A program made the position numbers and the translations under genes. Shown here in pieces: positions 26,714 to 36,301 of a DNA stretch of 40,386 nucleotides. Under the pieces are notes generated by a model that saw nothing but the letters and a program-made list of their open reading frames with translations, was not told the DNA's origin and did not search any database. Source of the stretch: an uncultured Eubacteriales bacterium (lineage in GTDB: Bacteria > Bacillota > Clostridia > Lachnospirales > Bianqueaceae); the NCBI GenBank assembly GCA_959029275.1, contig CAUFVC010000001.1, positions 1-40,386 of the forward strand. The letters run 5' to 3'. Every line of letters starts with the position of its first letter. The stretch's first letter is position 1.

Positions 26714-26740
26714 GGGTCTCCTTGAAAAATACACGTGAGT

Positions 26741-26765
26741 AAAAGAAGGCCACATATCTGCGGCC
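26741..26765 (-). terminator. Terminator-like hairpin between rpmH and rnpA
   Basis: GGCCGCA-GATA-TGTGGCC followed by TTCTTTT on the minus strand. Confidence 0.55.
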
Positions 26766-26771
26766 CGTACC

Positions 26772-26906
26772 TTACGCGGTTAATACTTTTCTTCCCTTTG
26801 CTCTTCTTCTCGCCAATACTGCTCTGCCGGATTTGGTTAGCATTCTTTTTCTAAAGCCGTGTTCTCTCTTGCGCTGTCTTACCTTCGGCTGATATGTCAT
26901 TTTCAT
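26772..26906 (-). CDS. rpmH: 50S ribosomal protein L34 (not in the ORF track, 44 aa)
   Basis: Hand translation [56 protein letters not shown]. Confidence 0.97.
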   Translation of the reverse strand: MKMTYQPKVRQRKREHGFRKRMLTKSGRAVLARRRAKGRKVLTA

Positions 26907-26982
26907 GGCTGCAATACACCTCCTTATTCGATACCTGATACATCCTGAATGTTGTAAACTTCAATTTTAGAGCACTATTTTT

Positions 26983-27011
26983 ATTATATGCAAAGTCTAT
27001 AGCTTCGTCAA
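26983..27011 (-). promoter_or_regulatory. sigma-A promoter of the rpmH operon
   Basis: TTGACG-17 nt-TATAAT. Confidence 0.8.
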
Positions 27012-27062
27012 GCATTTTTTTCATAAAATTTAGCCCCCCTATTTCAGTAAAATTCGCTGGCC

Positions 27063-27866
27063 CTATCGATGGGCGGAGGGCGACACGCCCATATGCTTTT
27101 TATAAACTTTAGAAAAATAGCTGAGGGTGTTAAATCCGCTTTTTTCAGCGCATTCGCTGACGTTATACTGTCTGCTGGCCAGGAGTGTGCGAGCATGGCT
27201 GCACCTGACTAAATGAATGTATTCCACTAAGGTCTTACCCGTTGCCTCCTTAAATGCGTGGCAGACATAGGATCGGCTAAACGAGACGGCGCTGCAAACG
27301 CTGTCCACGGTGATGGGCTCCGCGAAATGACGGCGGATATAATCAATGACCGCCTTCACCATCTCCAGTCGCTTGCCGGTGTAGCTTTGCTCCGAGTCAA
27401 GACCGGCCTCCGAATAGTTCCGGTAAAGGTAGACAAAAAGCCGGATAAGCCGGGCACGGATTTCTGACCGGTAAAATGGCGCACGTTCCTGGCTTTCCCC
27501 GATGATGCCCAGCACCTGCCGCTCTGCCTCCGGGTCGGAGATAAAGGGCTGGATCGGCGTGCCGGGCAGCTCTGGAATATCCAACATCTCCGGGTCCACA
27601 AGGAGATAGCAGTACCGGCAGAAGTCCGTCGTATAAAAAGTGTGAAGGCGGTTGGCATTGATGATCGCCATATTTCCGGATGCCAGAGGGATGCGCTGGG
27701 CGTCCGATACCGCCACCCCGCTGCCCTCGATACAGTAGAGGAACTCCGTCGCCTCATGCCAATGCAAGTCCCAATCCTCCTGGCTGCCCGTCAGCGTATT
27801 AATAGAAAAGTATACCGGCAGCTCGGGATCGGAATAGACCTCGGCATTGTATTCATAGAAATCCAT
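27063..27866 (-). CDS. AraC family transcriptional regulator (cupin + HTH)
   Basis: LHWHE.TEFLY, N-terminal cupin, S.SYVCHAFK..TG, GFNTLSYFSKVYKKHMGVSP; AAGGAGG RBS. Confidence 0.92.
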   Translation of the reverse strand: MDFYEYNAEVYSDPELPVYFSINTLTGSQEDWDLHWHEATEFLYCIEGSGVAVSDAQRIPLASGNMAIINANRLHTFYTTDFCRYCYLLVDPEMLDIPELPGTPIQPFISDPEAERQVLGIIGESQERAPFYRSEIRARLIRLFVYLYRNYSEAGLDSEQSYTGKRLEMVKAVIDYIRRHFAEPITVDSVCSAVSFSRSYVCHAFKEATGKTLVEYIHLVRCSHARTLLASRQYNVSECAEKSGFNTLSYFSKVYKKHMGVSPSAHR

Positions 27867-27878
27867 GTGATAACCTCC

Positions 27879-27945
27879 TTATGCACAATCTGACAAACTT
27901 TATGCAAGTCTCTTGCTTTACTTTCCACGCAAGGTCCACTAAAAT
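27879..27945 (+). promoter_or_regulatory. AraC-type direct repeats plus promoter for the isomerase operon
   Basis: TTATGCA at 27879 and 27900 (21-bp period) just upstream of TTTACT-17 nt-TAAAAT. Confidence 0.5.
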
Positions 27946-28013
27946 GAAAACTGAAAGAAAGACTGGCTGCCTGGCTTTCCTATCCAAATTTATGGTAATA
28001 GGAGTGAAGTGCT

Positions 28014-28862
28014 GTGTATGATTTTTCAATTGGCGTTCTGTTGGATTCATTTCGCACCGATGCCGAGCAGGCTATGAAGCAGGCTGCGACCCTCGGTCTC
28101 AATGGGATTCAAGTCTACGCCACTGAAGGCAATATGGCCCCCGAAAACATGGACTCCCGCCGCCGCAAAGAATTTTGCCGCATGGCAGAGGGATACGGGC
28201 TCAAAATTTCCGCCTTGTGCGGGGATCTGGGATACGGATTTTTTGATCCGTCGCGAAACGACCAGGGAATTCAGCGCTCCAAACGGATTTTGGAGCTGGC
28301 CAAAGATTTGGGTACAGACATTGTCACAACGCACATCGGCGTCGTCCCCTCCGATCCTCATCATCCGCGCTATCGAATCATGCAGGACGCCTGCGGCACG
28401 CTGGCGGCATACGCCGACAGCCTGGACGCCCATTTTGCGGTAGAGACAGGGCCAGAGCCCGCGACAGTTCTCCGGGAATTTCTGGATGGCCTCCACTCCA
28501 CCGGCGTGGCCGTCAACCTGGATCCCGCCAACCTGGCCATGACTGTCGGTGGAAGCGCAGCAGAGGCGGTGCATATCCTCGGCCGCTATATCGTGCATAC
28601 CCATGCCAAAGATGGCGTCCGCTATCGGGTGTGCGATCCGGAGATTCTCTATGGAATCCGGGACCCAGAGGGACCTTTTGACGAAGGAGAGTATTGCGAG
28701 GAGGTGCCCTTAGGAGCGGGAGATGTCTGCTGGCCAGAATACCTAGAGGCGCTCAGCAGCATCGGATACCGCGGTTTCTTGACTATCGAGCGGGAGGTCG
28801 GAGAAAATCCGTCGGCGGATATTCGGCTGGCCGTGGACTTCCTGCATCAATATGTCCGCTGA
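28014..28862 (+). CDS. Sugar phosphate isomerase/epimerase (xylose isomerase-like TIM barrel)
   Basis: AVETGPE, VNLDPANL, HTHAKDG, VPLG.G.V, LTIERE; GTG start with AGGAG. Confidence 0.9.
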   Translation: MYDFSIGVLLDSFRTDAEQAMKQAATLGLNGIQVYATEGNMAPENMDSRRRKEFCRMAEGYGLKISALCGDLGYGFFDPSRNDQGIQRSKRILELAKDLGTDIVTTHIGVVPSDPHHPRYRIMQDACGTLAAYADSLDAHFAVETGPEPATVLREFLDGLHSTGVAVNLDPANLAMTVGGSAAEAVHILGRYIVHTHAKDGVRYRVCDPEILYGIRDPEGPFDEGEYCEEVPLGAGDVCWPEYLEALSSIGYRGFLTIEREVGENPSADIRLAVDFLHQYVR

Positions 28863-28888
28863 CTTACCAAAAAAAGGAGAAAAATGAT

Positions 28889-29953
28889 ATGAAAAAATTA
28901 AAAATTGCAGTCATTGGGGTTGGTAACATTTCCGAGTGCCATATCCTTGCCTATTTGGCCAATCCCAATGTAGAACTTTACGCCTTCTGCGACATCGACC
29001 CGGTCCGCCTGAGTGAAAAGGGAAAGCTTTACGGCGTCAGCCGCCTCTACACCAGCGAGGAGGAGATGCTCCGGGCGCTGCCTGAGCTGGATGCGGTCAG
29101 CGTATGTGTCTGGAACTCCGCCCACGCCTCATGCACCATTATGGCCCTAGACGCCGGCAAAAACGTCCTGTGCGAAAAACCCATGGCAACCTCCGCCGCA
29201 GAGGCAAAACAAATGCTGGAGGCCGCCAAGCGGAACGGCAAGCACCTGCAAATCGGCTTTGTCTGCCGCTTCGGCCGTGACTGCGCCGTAGTGGAGGATT
29301 TCCGCAACCAAGGATTTTTCGGAGAGCTATACTATGCCAAGGCCACCTATCTGCGGCGCAACGGCAATCCCGGCGGCTGGTTCAGCGACAAGTCCCGGTC
29401 CGCAGGCGGCCCTCTCATCGATCTGGGCGTCCATGTCATCGACCTGACCCGCTATCTCATGGGAAATCCTCTTCCTGTCTCTGTCTACGGAGCGACCTTC
29501 CAGAAACTGCTAAACCGGCCCGGCATCAAAGACTCCGTTGACTATGTAGCCAGCGGCGCCAGTGTCGACGGCATCTGCGACGTAGAGGATCTGGCAACGG
29601 CGCTGGTGCGCTATGACAACGGGGCAGTCCTTGAAATCGAAACTTCCTACAGCCTCAACCTGAGGGAGGACCGCTATACACAGGAGCTTTTCGGCACCAA
29701 AGGCGGCGTCAAAATGTCGCCTGATTTGGAATTCTACACCGACGTCAACGGCTACATGAGCAACATAACCCTCGCAAATGCCGAACAATATACGGATGAA
29801 TCCCACATGTTTGAAGATGAAATCAACCATTTTGTGGATTGTATATTGAACGGCACTCCTTGCCGTGCATCCGCCGAGGACGGCGTACAGATAATGCGGA
29901 TACTGGACGCCATCTATGAGTCGGCCAAAACCGGCCATGAAATCATTCTGTAG
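28889..29953 (+). CDS. Gfo/Idh/MocA family NAD(P)-dependent oxidoreductase
   Basis: IAVIGVGNI, VLCEKPMA, GGPLIDLGVHVID, DVEDLA; start moved to ATG 28889 after AAGGAG. Confidence 0.92.
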   Translation: MKKLKIAVIGVGNISECHILAYLANPNVELYAFCDIDPVRLSEKGKLYGVSRLYTSEEEMLRALPELDAVSVCVWNSAHASCTIMALDAGKNVLCEKPMATSAAEAKQMLEAAKRNGKHLQIGFVCRFGRDCAVVEDFRNQGFFGELYYAKATYLRRNGNPGGWFSDKSRSAGGPLIDLGVHVIDLTRYLMGNPLPVSVYGATFQKLLNRPGIKDSVDYVASGASVDGICDVEDLATALVRYDNGAVLEIETSYSLNLREDRYTQELFGTKGGVKMSPDLEFYTDVNGYMSNITLANAEQYTDESHMFEDEINHFVDCILNGTPCRASAEDGVQIMRILDAIYESAKTGHEIIL

Positions 29954-29973
29954 TGTAGAAAGGTGGGAATATC

Positions 29974-30858
29974 ATGCGAATCGCACTGAGCACCTACAGC
30001 ATGGAACGGCGAATGCGGGAAGGCACTCTGAATCAGCTTAGCTGTATTGCCAAGGCTAAGGAAATGGGCTTTGACGCCATCGAATTTGTAGACATCTGGC
30101 CCCATGACGGCTCCAGCCGGGAGGATTATGCCAAACGCCTGCGGGAGGAGTGCCACCGCCTGGATATGCCCGTGGCCAATTTCGCCGTAGGCGCGGACTT
30201 TCTCCGATGCGGCGACCTCCCTGCGGAGATCGCCCGCGTCCAGCATGAGGTGGAGCTAGCTGCCGTCCTGGGTTCTCCGAGGATGCGGCATGACGCCACC
30301 GCCGGCTATCCGGAGGAAGTCCGCGGAGCCCGCGGATTCGACAGCTGCCTCCCTGTGCTGGCAGACGCCTGCCTCCAGATAACCCGCTTCGCAGCTGAAC
30401 TGGGCGTTCAGACCATGGTGGAAAACCACGGACACTTCTGTCAAGACAGCGAACGGGTGGAGAAGCTGGTCAACGCAGTGGCGGATCCCAATTTTGGTCT
30501 GCTGTGTGACATAGGGAATTTTATGGACGGCGATGAGGACCCGGCTCTTGCCTGTTCTCGGGTAGCTCCTTACGCAATCCACGCCCACGCCAAGGATTTT
30601 CATTTCAAGTCCGGTATGGAACCGAATCCTGGGCGGGGATTTGACTTGACCCGGGCCGGAAACTGGATCCGCGGAGCCATCGTGGGACACGGCGCCGTCC
30701 CGATCCGCCAGTGTCTGGGAATTCTAAAACGCTCCGGATTTGACGGCGACGTCGCTATCGAATTCGAGGGATTGGAAGAGCCGGAAATCGGCGTAGGCAT
30801 TGGCCTTGAAAATCTGCGGCGGTATCTCGGAGAACTCGATGAATCGTGTACCTTTTGA
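29974..30858 (+). CDS. Sugar phosphate isomerase/epimerase (TIM barrel)
   Basis: GFDAIEF, MRHD, VENHG, DIGNF, HAHAKDF, IEFEG. Confidence 0.9.
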   Translation: MRIALSTYSMERRMREGTLNQLSCIAKAKEMGFDAIEFVDIWPHDGSSREDYAKRLREECHRLDMPVANFAVGADFLRCGDLPAEIARVQHEVELAAVLGSPRMRHDATAGYPEEVRGARGFDSCLPVLADACLQITRFAAELGVQTMVENHGHFCQDSERVEKLVNAVADPNFGLLCDIGNFMDGDEDPALACSRVAPYAIHAHAKDFHFKSGMEPNPGRGFDLTRAGNWIRGAIVGHGAVPIRQCLGILKRSGFDGDVAIEFEGLEEPEIGVGIGLENLRRYLGELDESCTF

Positions 30859-30900
30859 GCAGAGACATTCCCCCGCCGCAAAAATGTCATAAATTGTGGA

Positions 30901-30929
30901 TTGCCTCCCTGAAAAGGGGCTGGTATAAT
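30901..30929 (+). promoter_or_regulatory. sigma-A promoter
   Basis: TTGCCT-17 nt-TATAAT with extended -10 TG. Confidence 0.65.
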
Positions 30930-31199
30930 ATAAGAAAAGTCAATCGTTACACTCTTTCCAAAGCTGGTGGAGCAGTTTCTCCAAACCGCAAAAATATACT
31001 ATGCTGAGTCGAAATAAACAGAAACCGCTCTGTCATCCCAGTATTCATCCGCGTGGATCCTGCGGGTATCTCATTGGAATAATTCTATAACGCAGCCGCA
31101 GTACACCTCCTGTCTGTCTTTCAGTCTAACATAGAACCCTCCCTTTGAATTTTTTATTTGTACTGTAATACTTTTGCGCATCTAGAGAGGTGAACGATT

Positions 31200-32048
31200 A
31201 TGACCGACCAAATCTGGCAACAGATCGAGCAAACCGGATTGCCGGAGATTCCCGAGATCGGAAGGCTACAGATTCGCAACGCCATGCGCCCCATGAAAAT
31301 GGAAGTCCATTCAGACCAGATGGAATTTCTGTTGCTCTACTCGGGGCGCAAGCGAATGTGGGTGGAAAACCGGCGCTACGACATGCAGGGCGGAGACCTC
31401 CTGGTCATCTTTCCAGGGGAACGGCACGGCGCGGAGGACGTCATACAAAACCGTTCCTCTCTGGTCTATCTCCTGATGGCAGTCCCAACGGAGACGTTCC
31501 CTTTCTGTATGCTGGAGGAAACAGAACGCCACATTCTCTGGGAGCGTTTAAAAAGTCTTCCCTCCCGGAAATTTATGGTTTCCTTTTCCGTCCGCAGGGA
31601 ACTGGACGGGCTGTTTGACTGCATAAATTCAAAAGAACCCCTGAATTCGGCGCGCATCCGGACAAAGCTGATGGAATTTCTGTTTCAGGTGCTGGACGCC
31701 AGCTGCGCCGGAGAAAACCAACTTCCGCCCGACATCGGCACAGTCATTCGGTATATCCGTGAGAGACGCGACGAAATGCCCAGTATCGCCCAGATGGCAT
31801 CCCTTGTCAATCTGTCAGAATCCCGCTTCAAGCAGAAATTCAAGCAGGCCACCGGCATCCCTCCTGTGGAATTCATGGTGCGGGAAAAGATTGGCGAGGC
31901 GAAGCTCCTCTTAGAAAGCAGCGGGCGATCCATCACCTCCATCGCCATGGAACTCGGATTCAACTCCAGCCAACATTTCTCTGTGCTGTTTAAAAAGTAC
32001 GTGGGGGAATCCCCAGTCCAATACCGCCGCCATAACGCAGTACCGTAA
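31200..32048 (+). CDS. AraC family transcriptional regulator
   Basis: H.D.MEF cupin-like N-terminus, LSESRFKQKFKQATG, LGFNSSQHFS.LFKK.VG.SP; GAGGTG RBS. Confidence 0.92.
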   Translation: MTDQIWQQIEQTGLPEIPEIGRLQIRNAMRPMKMEVHSDQMEFLLLYSGRKRMWVENRRYDMQGGDLLVIFPGERHGAEDVIQNRSSLVYLLMAVPTETFPFCMLEETERHILWERLKSLPSRKFMVSFSVRRELDGLFDCINSKEPLNSARIRTKLMEFLFQVLDASCAGENQLPPDIGTVIRYIRERRDEMPSIAQMASLVNLSESRFKQKFKQATGIPPVEFMVREKIGEAKLLLESSGRSITSIAMELGFNSSQHFSVLFKKYVGESPVQYRRHNAVP

Positions 32049-32129
32049 TACCCTCCGGGTAGAATCGGCACGCCCCTGTGGTACTATAGGAATCCGTAAC
32101 ATAACGTAGGAAGGGGATAAGATAAAAGG

Positions 32130-34355
32130 ATGAAATGGATTTCCAGGAGACCGTTCACATCCCTGCTAATTTCGATGGTTTTGGTAGCGTTTCTGCCGCT
32201 TCTGCTAAACAATCTATCGTATATCCGGCTTCAGAACACGGTGCTGGAGCAGCAAAAATCCCTCACAAGAGAGTCTCTAAAATTCAGCGTTCAGCAAATC
32301 GACCGAACGCTGCTTGAATTGACCAATATGAGCATGGAGCTGGGAGATGAATTAAGAGGCGCCTCGATTCCTGCAGCCGACGAGATGGACGCCTCTTCAA
32401 GAATGGAGCTCTTCGATCTGTCTGCGGCCCTTCGCAAAAAGATGCAGGCCGGATCGGAATACGTCAGTTCCCTTTACCTCTATTCCTCCGAATCCCAGCG
32501 GGCGGTGGCCAACCAGGGCGTCTATGAGGAAGCCATGGCGTACCAAAAATTTTACAAAAATTGGGGTATTCCCTTGGAGACGATGGAGAAACTCCATCAA
32601 ACATTTTCCTACGGGCAGCTGATCCCCTTGTGCAACAGCAGTATGGCCTTTATACGGACGGTGTCCCGGAGAAACGACGGCCTGCCGGAAAAGCAGCTGG
32701 TGATCCTGCTGAAGCACAGCTTTTATAACACTCTCATCGACAAGGCCAATGTGGAGGGCGGAATATTCCTCATGCTGGATAACAGCGGCAGCATCCTTGC
32801 TGTGAGCAACAAGACCGGCATCGAGTTGGGGGACGAAGTCCTCTCCCACATTTCCGAAGAAACGGAGATGGAAGATTTTCAGATTCAGGGGAAAACGGCT
32901 CTGCTGTACACCCTGGAATCCAGCACCGGCGGTTACCGCATCAAAACGCTGATCCCCTACTCCCAGATCCTGGACCCAAGCCGGGATCTACAGCGGTATT
33001 ATTGGACCCTTTTGGCGGCCTCTGTAGTGCTGGGATTGGCGCTGGCCGTCTTTCTCGGCCGCCGCAACGCAATGCCTCTGAATCAGTTGATCGCGCATAT
33101 CCGGGACAATTACGGAGCGGACTCTTCAGGCACTCAGGGCCTGGAGCAGATCAAGAGCGCTGTGGACACGCTTCTAGACCAGCGGCGTACCGCTCAGGCG
33201 CAGCTTAAGCAGTATGAAACCGTGATTGCCAGAAACAGCTTGCGGGCTACTCTGCAGGGCAACGCGCAGGAGGGCAACGCCTTTTGGATGCCCCCGGGCT
33301 GCCGGTATGCTGTGATCTGCTTTTCCGCCCCCCAGGTTTCTGTGGAAACGGAAAGCGAATGGATCGCCGTCTCTCAGCAGGCCCTCCCCGCCGGCTGCTT
33401 CTGCCGCAGCGTGGTTCTGGGCGGCGGCGTAACGGAAATTCTTGGAATGGCACAGCCGGATTTTGGCGAGCAGGAGGTGGAGGAACTCCTGACAGCCCAG
33501 ATCGACTGGCTGGACCGGCAGGAAACCCTAACGGTCAGCGCGGCCTTCAGCTCGGTCTACGAAGACCAGCAGGACATAGAGCGCGCCTACGGTGAAGCCT
33601 GCACGGCCATGGTCTTTTCCTATAGCAGGGTAGACGCCGTCATCACCAGTTTTTCCAGCTGCAAGTTTAAGACGGCCTATTTTCTGCGGGACTGGCGTCA
33701 CTTGGACAAACAGCTGCTTTTCTCGTCCCTGATCGGAGAAGAAAAGTTCGGCGAGGCCTCCCGTATGCTCTCCAGCCTCTTTCCGACGGAGTTTTTGGAG
33801 GAGTATTTCCCCGAATCGGATATCTCCAACCTTCACCTGTCCTCGCTGAAATACCAATTTCTCCACGACTTGGACAATATCAGCGACTCGACTGGAATGG
33901 ATGATGAAATGTGGAATCGCCTTTTGCAGGAACTCATTTACTGCAAGACCCACCGGAAACTTTACCAGATGATGGAGCAGCTTTTCTCGGAGCTGGCGGC
34001 AAATACCGGACAGGTTCAAACTCCGGACGACTCAGAAACAGGGCGAGTCGGTGAAATCAAACTGTACATATGTCAGCACTATGCCAATGCCCTGTTGAGC
34101 GTTTCCTCCATTGCCGAAGCCTTTGGCATGTCCGCCAACAGCCTCTCGCAGCTGTTCAGCCGGAAATCGGACAGCGGCGTGCTGGAGTACATCCACGAGG
34201 TCCGCATGAAAAAGGCGGGCGAGCTTCTTCGCAGCTGTAAGAATCTGACCATTCAGGATGTGTCAACGCAGGTGGGGTACACCAGCATATTGACCTTCAA
34301 CCGGAAATTTAAAGCCTATTACCGTCAGACTCCCAGCGAATACCGCACTTCATAA
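32130..34355 (+). CDS. Membrane-anchored one-component AraC regulator (YesS-like: TM-sensor-TM-HTH)
   Basis: Two TM segments flanking an extracytoplasmic domain; C-terminal LSQLF...YIHEVRM..A..LL, VGY.S..TFNRKFK...TPSEYR; precedes a sugar ABC operon. Confidence 0.88.
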   Translation: MKWISRRPFTSLLISMVLVAFLPLLLNNLSYIRLQNTVLEQQKSLTRESLKFSVQQIDRTLLELTNMSMELGDELRGASIPAADEMDASSRMELFDLSAALRKKMQAGSEYVSSLYLYSSESQRAVANQGVYEEAMAYQKFYKNWGIPLETMEKLHQTFSYGQLIPLCNSSMAFIRTVSRRNDGLPEKQLVILLKHSFYNTLIDKANVEGGIFLMLDNSGSILAVSNKTGIELGDEVLSHISEETEMEDFQIQGKTALLYTLESSTGGYRIKTLIPYSQILDPSRDLQRYYWTLLAASVVLGLALAVFLGRRNAMPLNQLIAHIRDNYGADSSGTQGLEQIKSAVDTLLDQRRTAQAQLKQYETVIARNSLRATLQGNAQEGNAFWMPPGCRYAVICFSAPQVSVETESEWIAVSQQALPAGCFCRSVVLGGGVTEILGMAQPDFGEQEVEELLTAQIDWLDRQETLTVSAAFSSVYEDQQDIERAYGEACTAMVFSYSRVDAVITSFSSCKFKTAYFLRDWRHLDKQLLFSSLIGEEKFGEASRMLSSLFPTEFLEEYFPESDISNLHLSSLKYQFLHDLDNISDSTGMDDEMWNRLLQELIYCKTHRKLYQMMEQLFSELAANTGQVQTPDDSETGRVGEIKLYICQHYANALLSVSSIAEAFGMSANSLSQLFSRKSDSGVLEYIHEVRMKKAGELLRSCKNLTIQDVSTQVGYTSILTFNRKFKAYYRQTPSEYRTS

Positions 34356-34400
34356 AGCCACCCGGTCATGAATAAACCTGATTCTATCCGGATGGCTTTT
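34354..34400 (+). terminator. Possible terminator hairpin
   Basis: AAAGCCAcCCGG...CCGGaTGGCTTT with a long loop and a T-rich tail. Confidence 0.4.
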
Positions 34401-34469
34401 ATATATTTCCCATAAAATTCAAATATTCTTCGTCACTTTTTGACTAAATTTAACGTCAGAAACTGTGTA

Positions 34470-34497
34470 TTGCAAAAAATTAGTCATAGTCTATACT
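34470..34497 (+). promoter_or_regulatory. sigma-A promoter for the ABC operon
   Basis: TTGCAA-16 nt-TATACT upstream of an AAGGAGG RBS. Confidence 0.55.
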
Positions 34498-34571
34498 AAA
34501 AATATCACACATACCCACGCCGGCCGTACATCATTTCACAGACATGACAATAGACAAGGAGGCCTTTTCGA

Positions 34572-36272
34572 ATGAGAAAAAGTAAACTCTTCACGCGCAT
34601 TTTTTTCATCTTCCTGTGTTCATCCATGATTGCCGGAATATTCAGCGCATGTCGTTCCGGGGGAAATACGGAGAGCAGCACAGATAGCCAAACCAACTCC
34701 CAACCATCCGACAGCGGTGAAAAAGGGCCGCTCTATATCGAAGGAAGCGAGGGCATCACCCTTACCTACTGGATTCCCCTCGACGGCGTACAGGCCCAAA
34801 ATTTTACTACGCTGGCGGAACACCCTTATTTTATGTGGCTGAAGGATCAGACTGGCGTCAACGTGGAGTTCATTCATCCTTCCATCGAACAGGCCGACCA
34901 GCAGCTGAACCTTATGATCGCTTCCAAAAAATTCTACGATATGCTATTTAATGCCAATTATCCGGGTGGACCGCAGGCAAGTCTCGATGAAAATTGCTTT
35001 ATCGATCTAAAACCCTACCTGGACCAATACATGCCCGACTACAAGGCAGCCCTAGAGTGCGACGACGGTTCCTTCGGCCAATGGGAATGGGGGCAAGAAC
35101 GGGATCTGTATAAGCCTAAGGCACAGCCCTCATTCTACGATGCCTGCCTGTCCTTCGACGGTTCCCTCTGGTGTGTCACGCAAATTTGGACGAACGCTGT
35201 TCCCCCTGAGTATGGACCGGTCATCCGCAAAGACTGGCTGGACGAAGCGGGGCTGGCTGTCCCGGAAACCCTTGATGAGCTGGAGACTGTGTTAAAAGCC
35301 TTCAAGGACCGCGGCGGCGATGTCGTCCCCATGAACCTCGGCGTCTCCGGCACAAACAATTATGACGGTTCCATCATCAGCGCATTCGACATCTACAGCG
35401 ATTTTTTCACCCTGAGTCCCGACAAATCCACCGTACAACCCCACGCCTACACACAGGATGCCTTTAAAGATTACCTCACTCTCATACACGACTGGTACAG
35501 CAAGGGCTATATAGATGCGGACTTCATGAACCGGGACGATGAATCCCTCGCCGCCATGTTCCTGGACGACCGACTAGGCATTTATATGAATCAGTTCAAC
35601 GCCCCCGAATATTGGGAGCTAAACTATACCGGTGACCAAAACTTTACAGTCGTTGCCATGCCTCTGCCTCGGAAAGATAAAAACCAGCAGCTGAACTGGC
35701 TTGCCAGTTACGACTCCGCCCCCGCCAACTACACCTGCATCACCACTTCCTGTGAACATCCGGAGGTCGCCGCAGCATGGCTTAACGTCGGCTTTACGAG
35801 GGAAGGCGTCCTCCGTCACACCTACGGGGTCGAGGGGGAGACCTATGAACTTCGCAACGGTGCTCCCTACTATCTGGACACCGTGCTGAACGGTGATACT
35901 GGCTACATCTTCTCCTGCGAGCTGTTTCCCTACGGCACCGGCTACCAAAGCCTCCGCTCCATTCTGATATCCGTGAGCGGCGCCGAGACCACCCTATCTT
36001 CCACCGCGGAAGCCGGAGTGGTTTGGAGTCAGAACGCCTCCCCGAACTACAACTGGACCTATACTATCTTCGAAGGCGACGGCTGGGGAGAATTTGACGC
36101 TAAACTCGCCGACGCCAAAACCTATGCGGATCCTATGGTGCTGAAGTTCATCATCGGCCAGGAAAGTCTGGATCAGTTCGACCAGTTCCGCGACACTGCA
36201 AAATCCTTAGGGCTTGACGCGGCGCAGGCTAAGGCGCAGGAAGCCCGCGACAAAATGGTACAGGGTAAATAA
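34572..36272 (+). CDS. Carbohydrate ABC transporter substrate-binding lipoprotein (LplA-like)
   Basis: Lipobox FSA-C, TGVNVEF, LNLMIAS, IRKDWLDE.GL.VPETLDE...LKAFK, YGVEGETY, KFIIG. Confidence 0.9.
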   Translation: MRKSKLFTRIFFIFLCSSMIAGIFSACRSGGNTESSTDSQTNSQPSDSGEKGPLYIEGSEGITLTYWIPLDGVQAQNFTTLAEHPYFMWLKDQTGVNVEFIHPSIEQADQQLNLMIASKKFYDMLFNANYPGGPQASLDENCFIDLKPYLDQYMPDYKAALECDDGSFGQWEWGQERDLYKPKAQPSFYDACLSFDGSLWCVTQIWTNAVPPEYGPVIRKDWLDEAGLAVPETLDELETVLKAFKDRGGDVVPMNLGVSGTNNYDGSIISAFDIYSDFFTLSPDKSTVQPHAYTQDAFKDYLTLIHDWYSKGYIDADFMNRDDESLAAMFLDDRLGIYMNQFNAPEYWELNYTGDQNFTVVAMPLPRKDKNQQLNWLASYDSAPANYTCITTSCEHPEVAAAWLNVGFTREGVLRHTYGVEGETYELRNGAPYYLDTVLNGDTGYIFSCELFPYGTGYQSLRSILISVSGAETTLSSTAEAGVVWSQNASPNYNWTYTIFEGDGWGEFDAKLADAKTYADPMVLKFIIGQESLDQFDQFRDTAKSLGLDAAQAKAQEARDKMVQGK

Positions 36273-36301
36273 GGCGGTCAGGAAAAGGAGGCGATACATC
36301 C

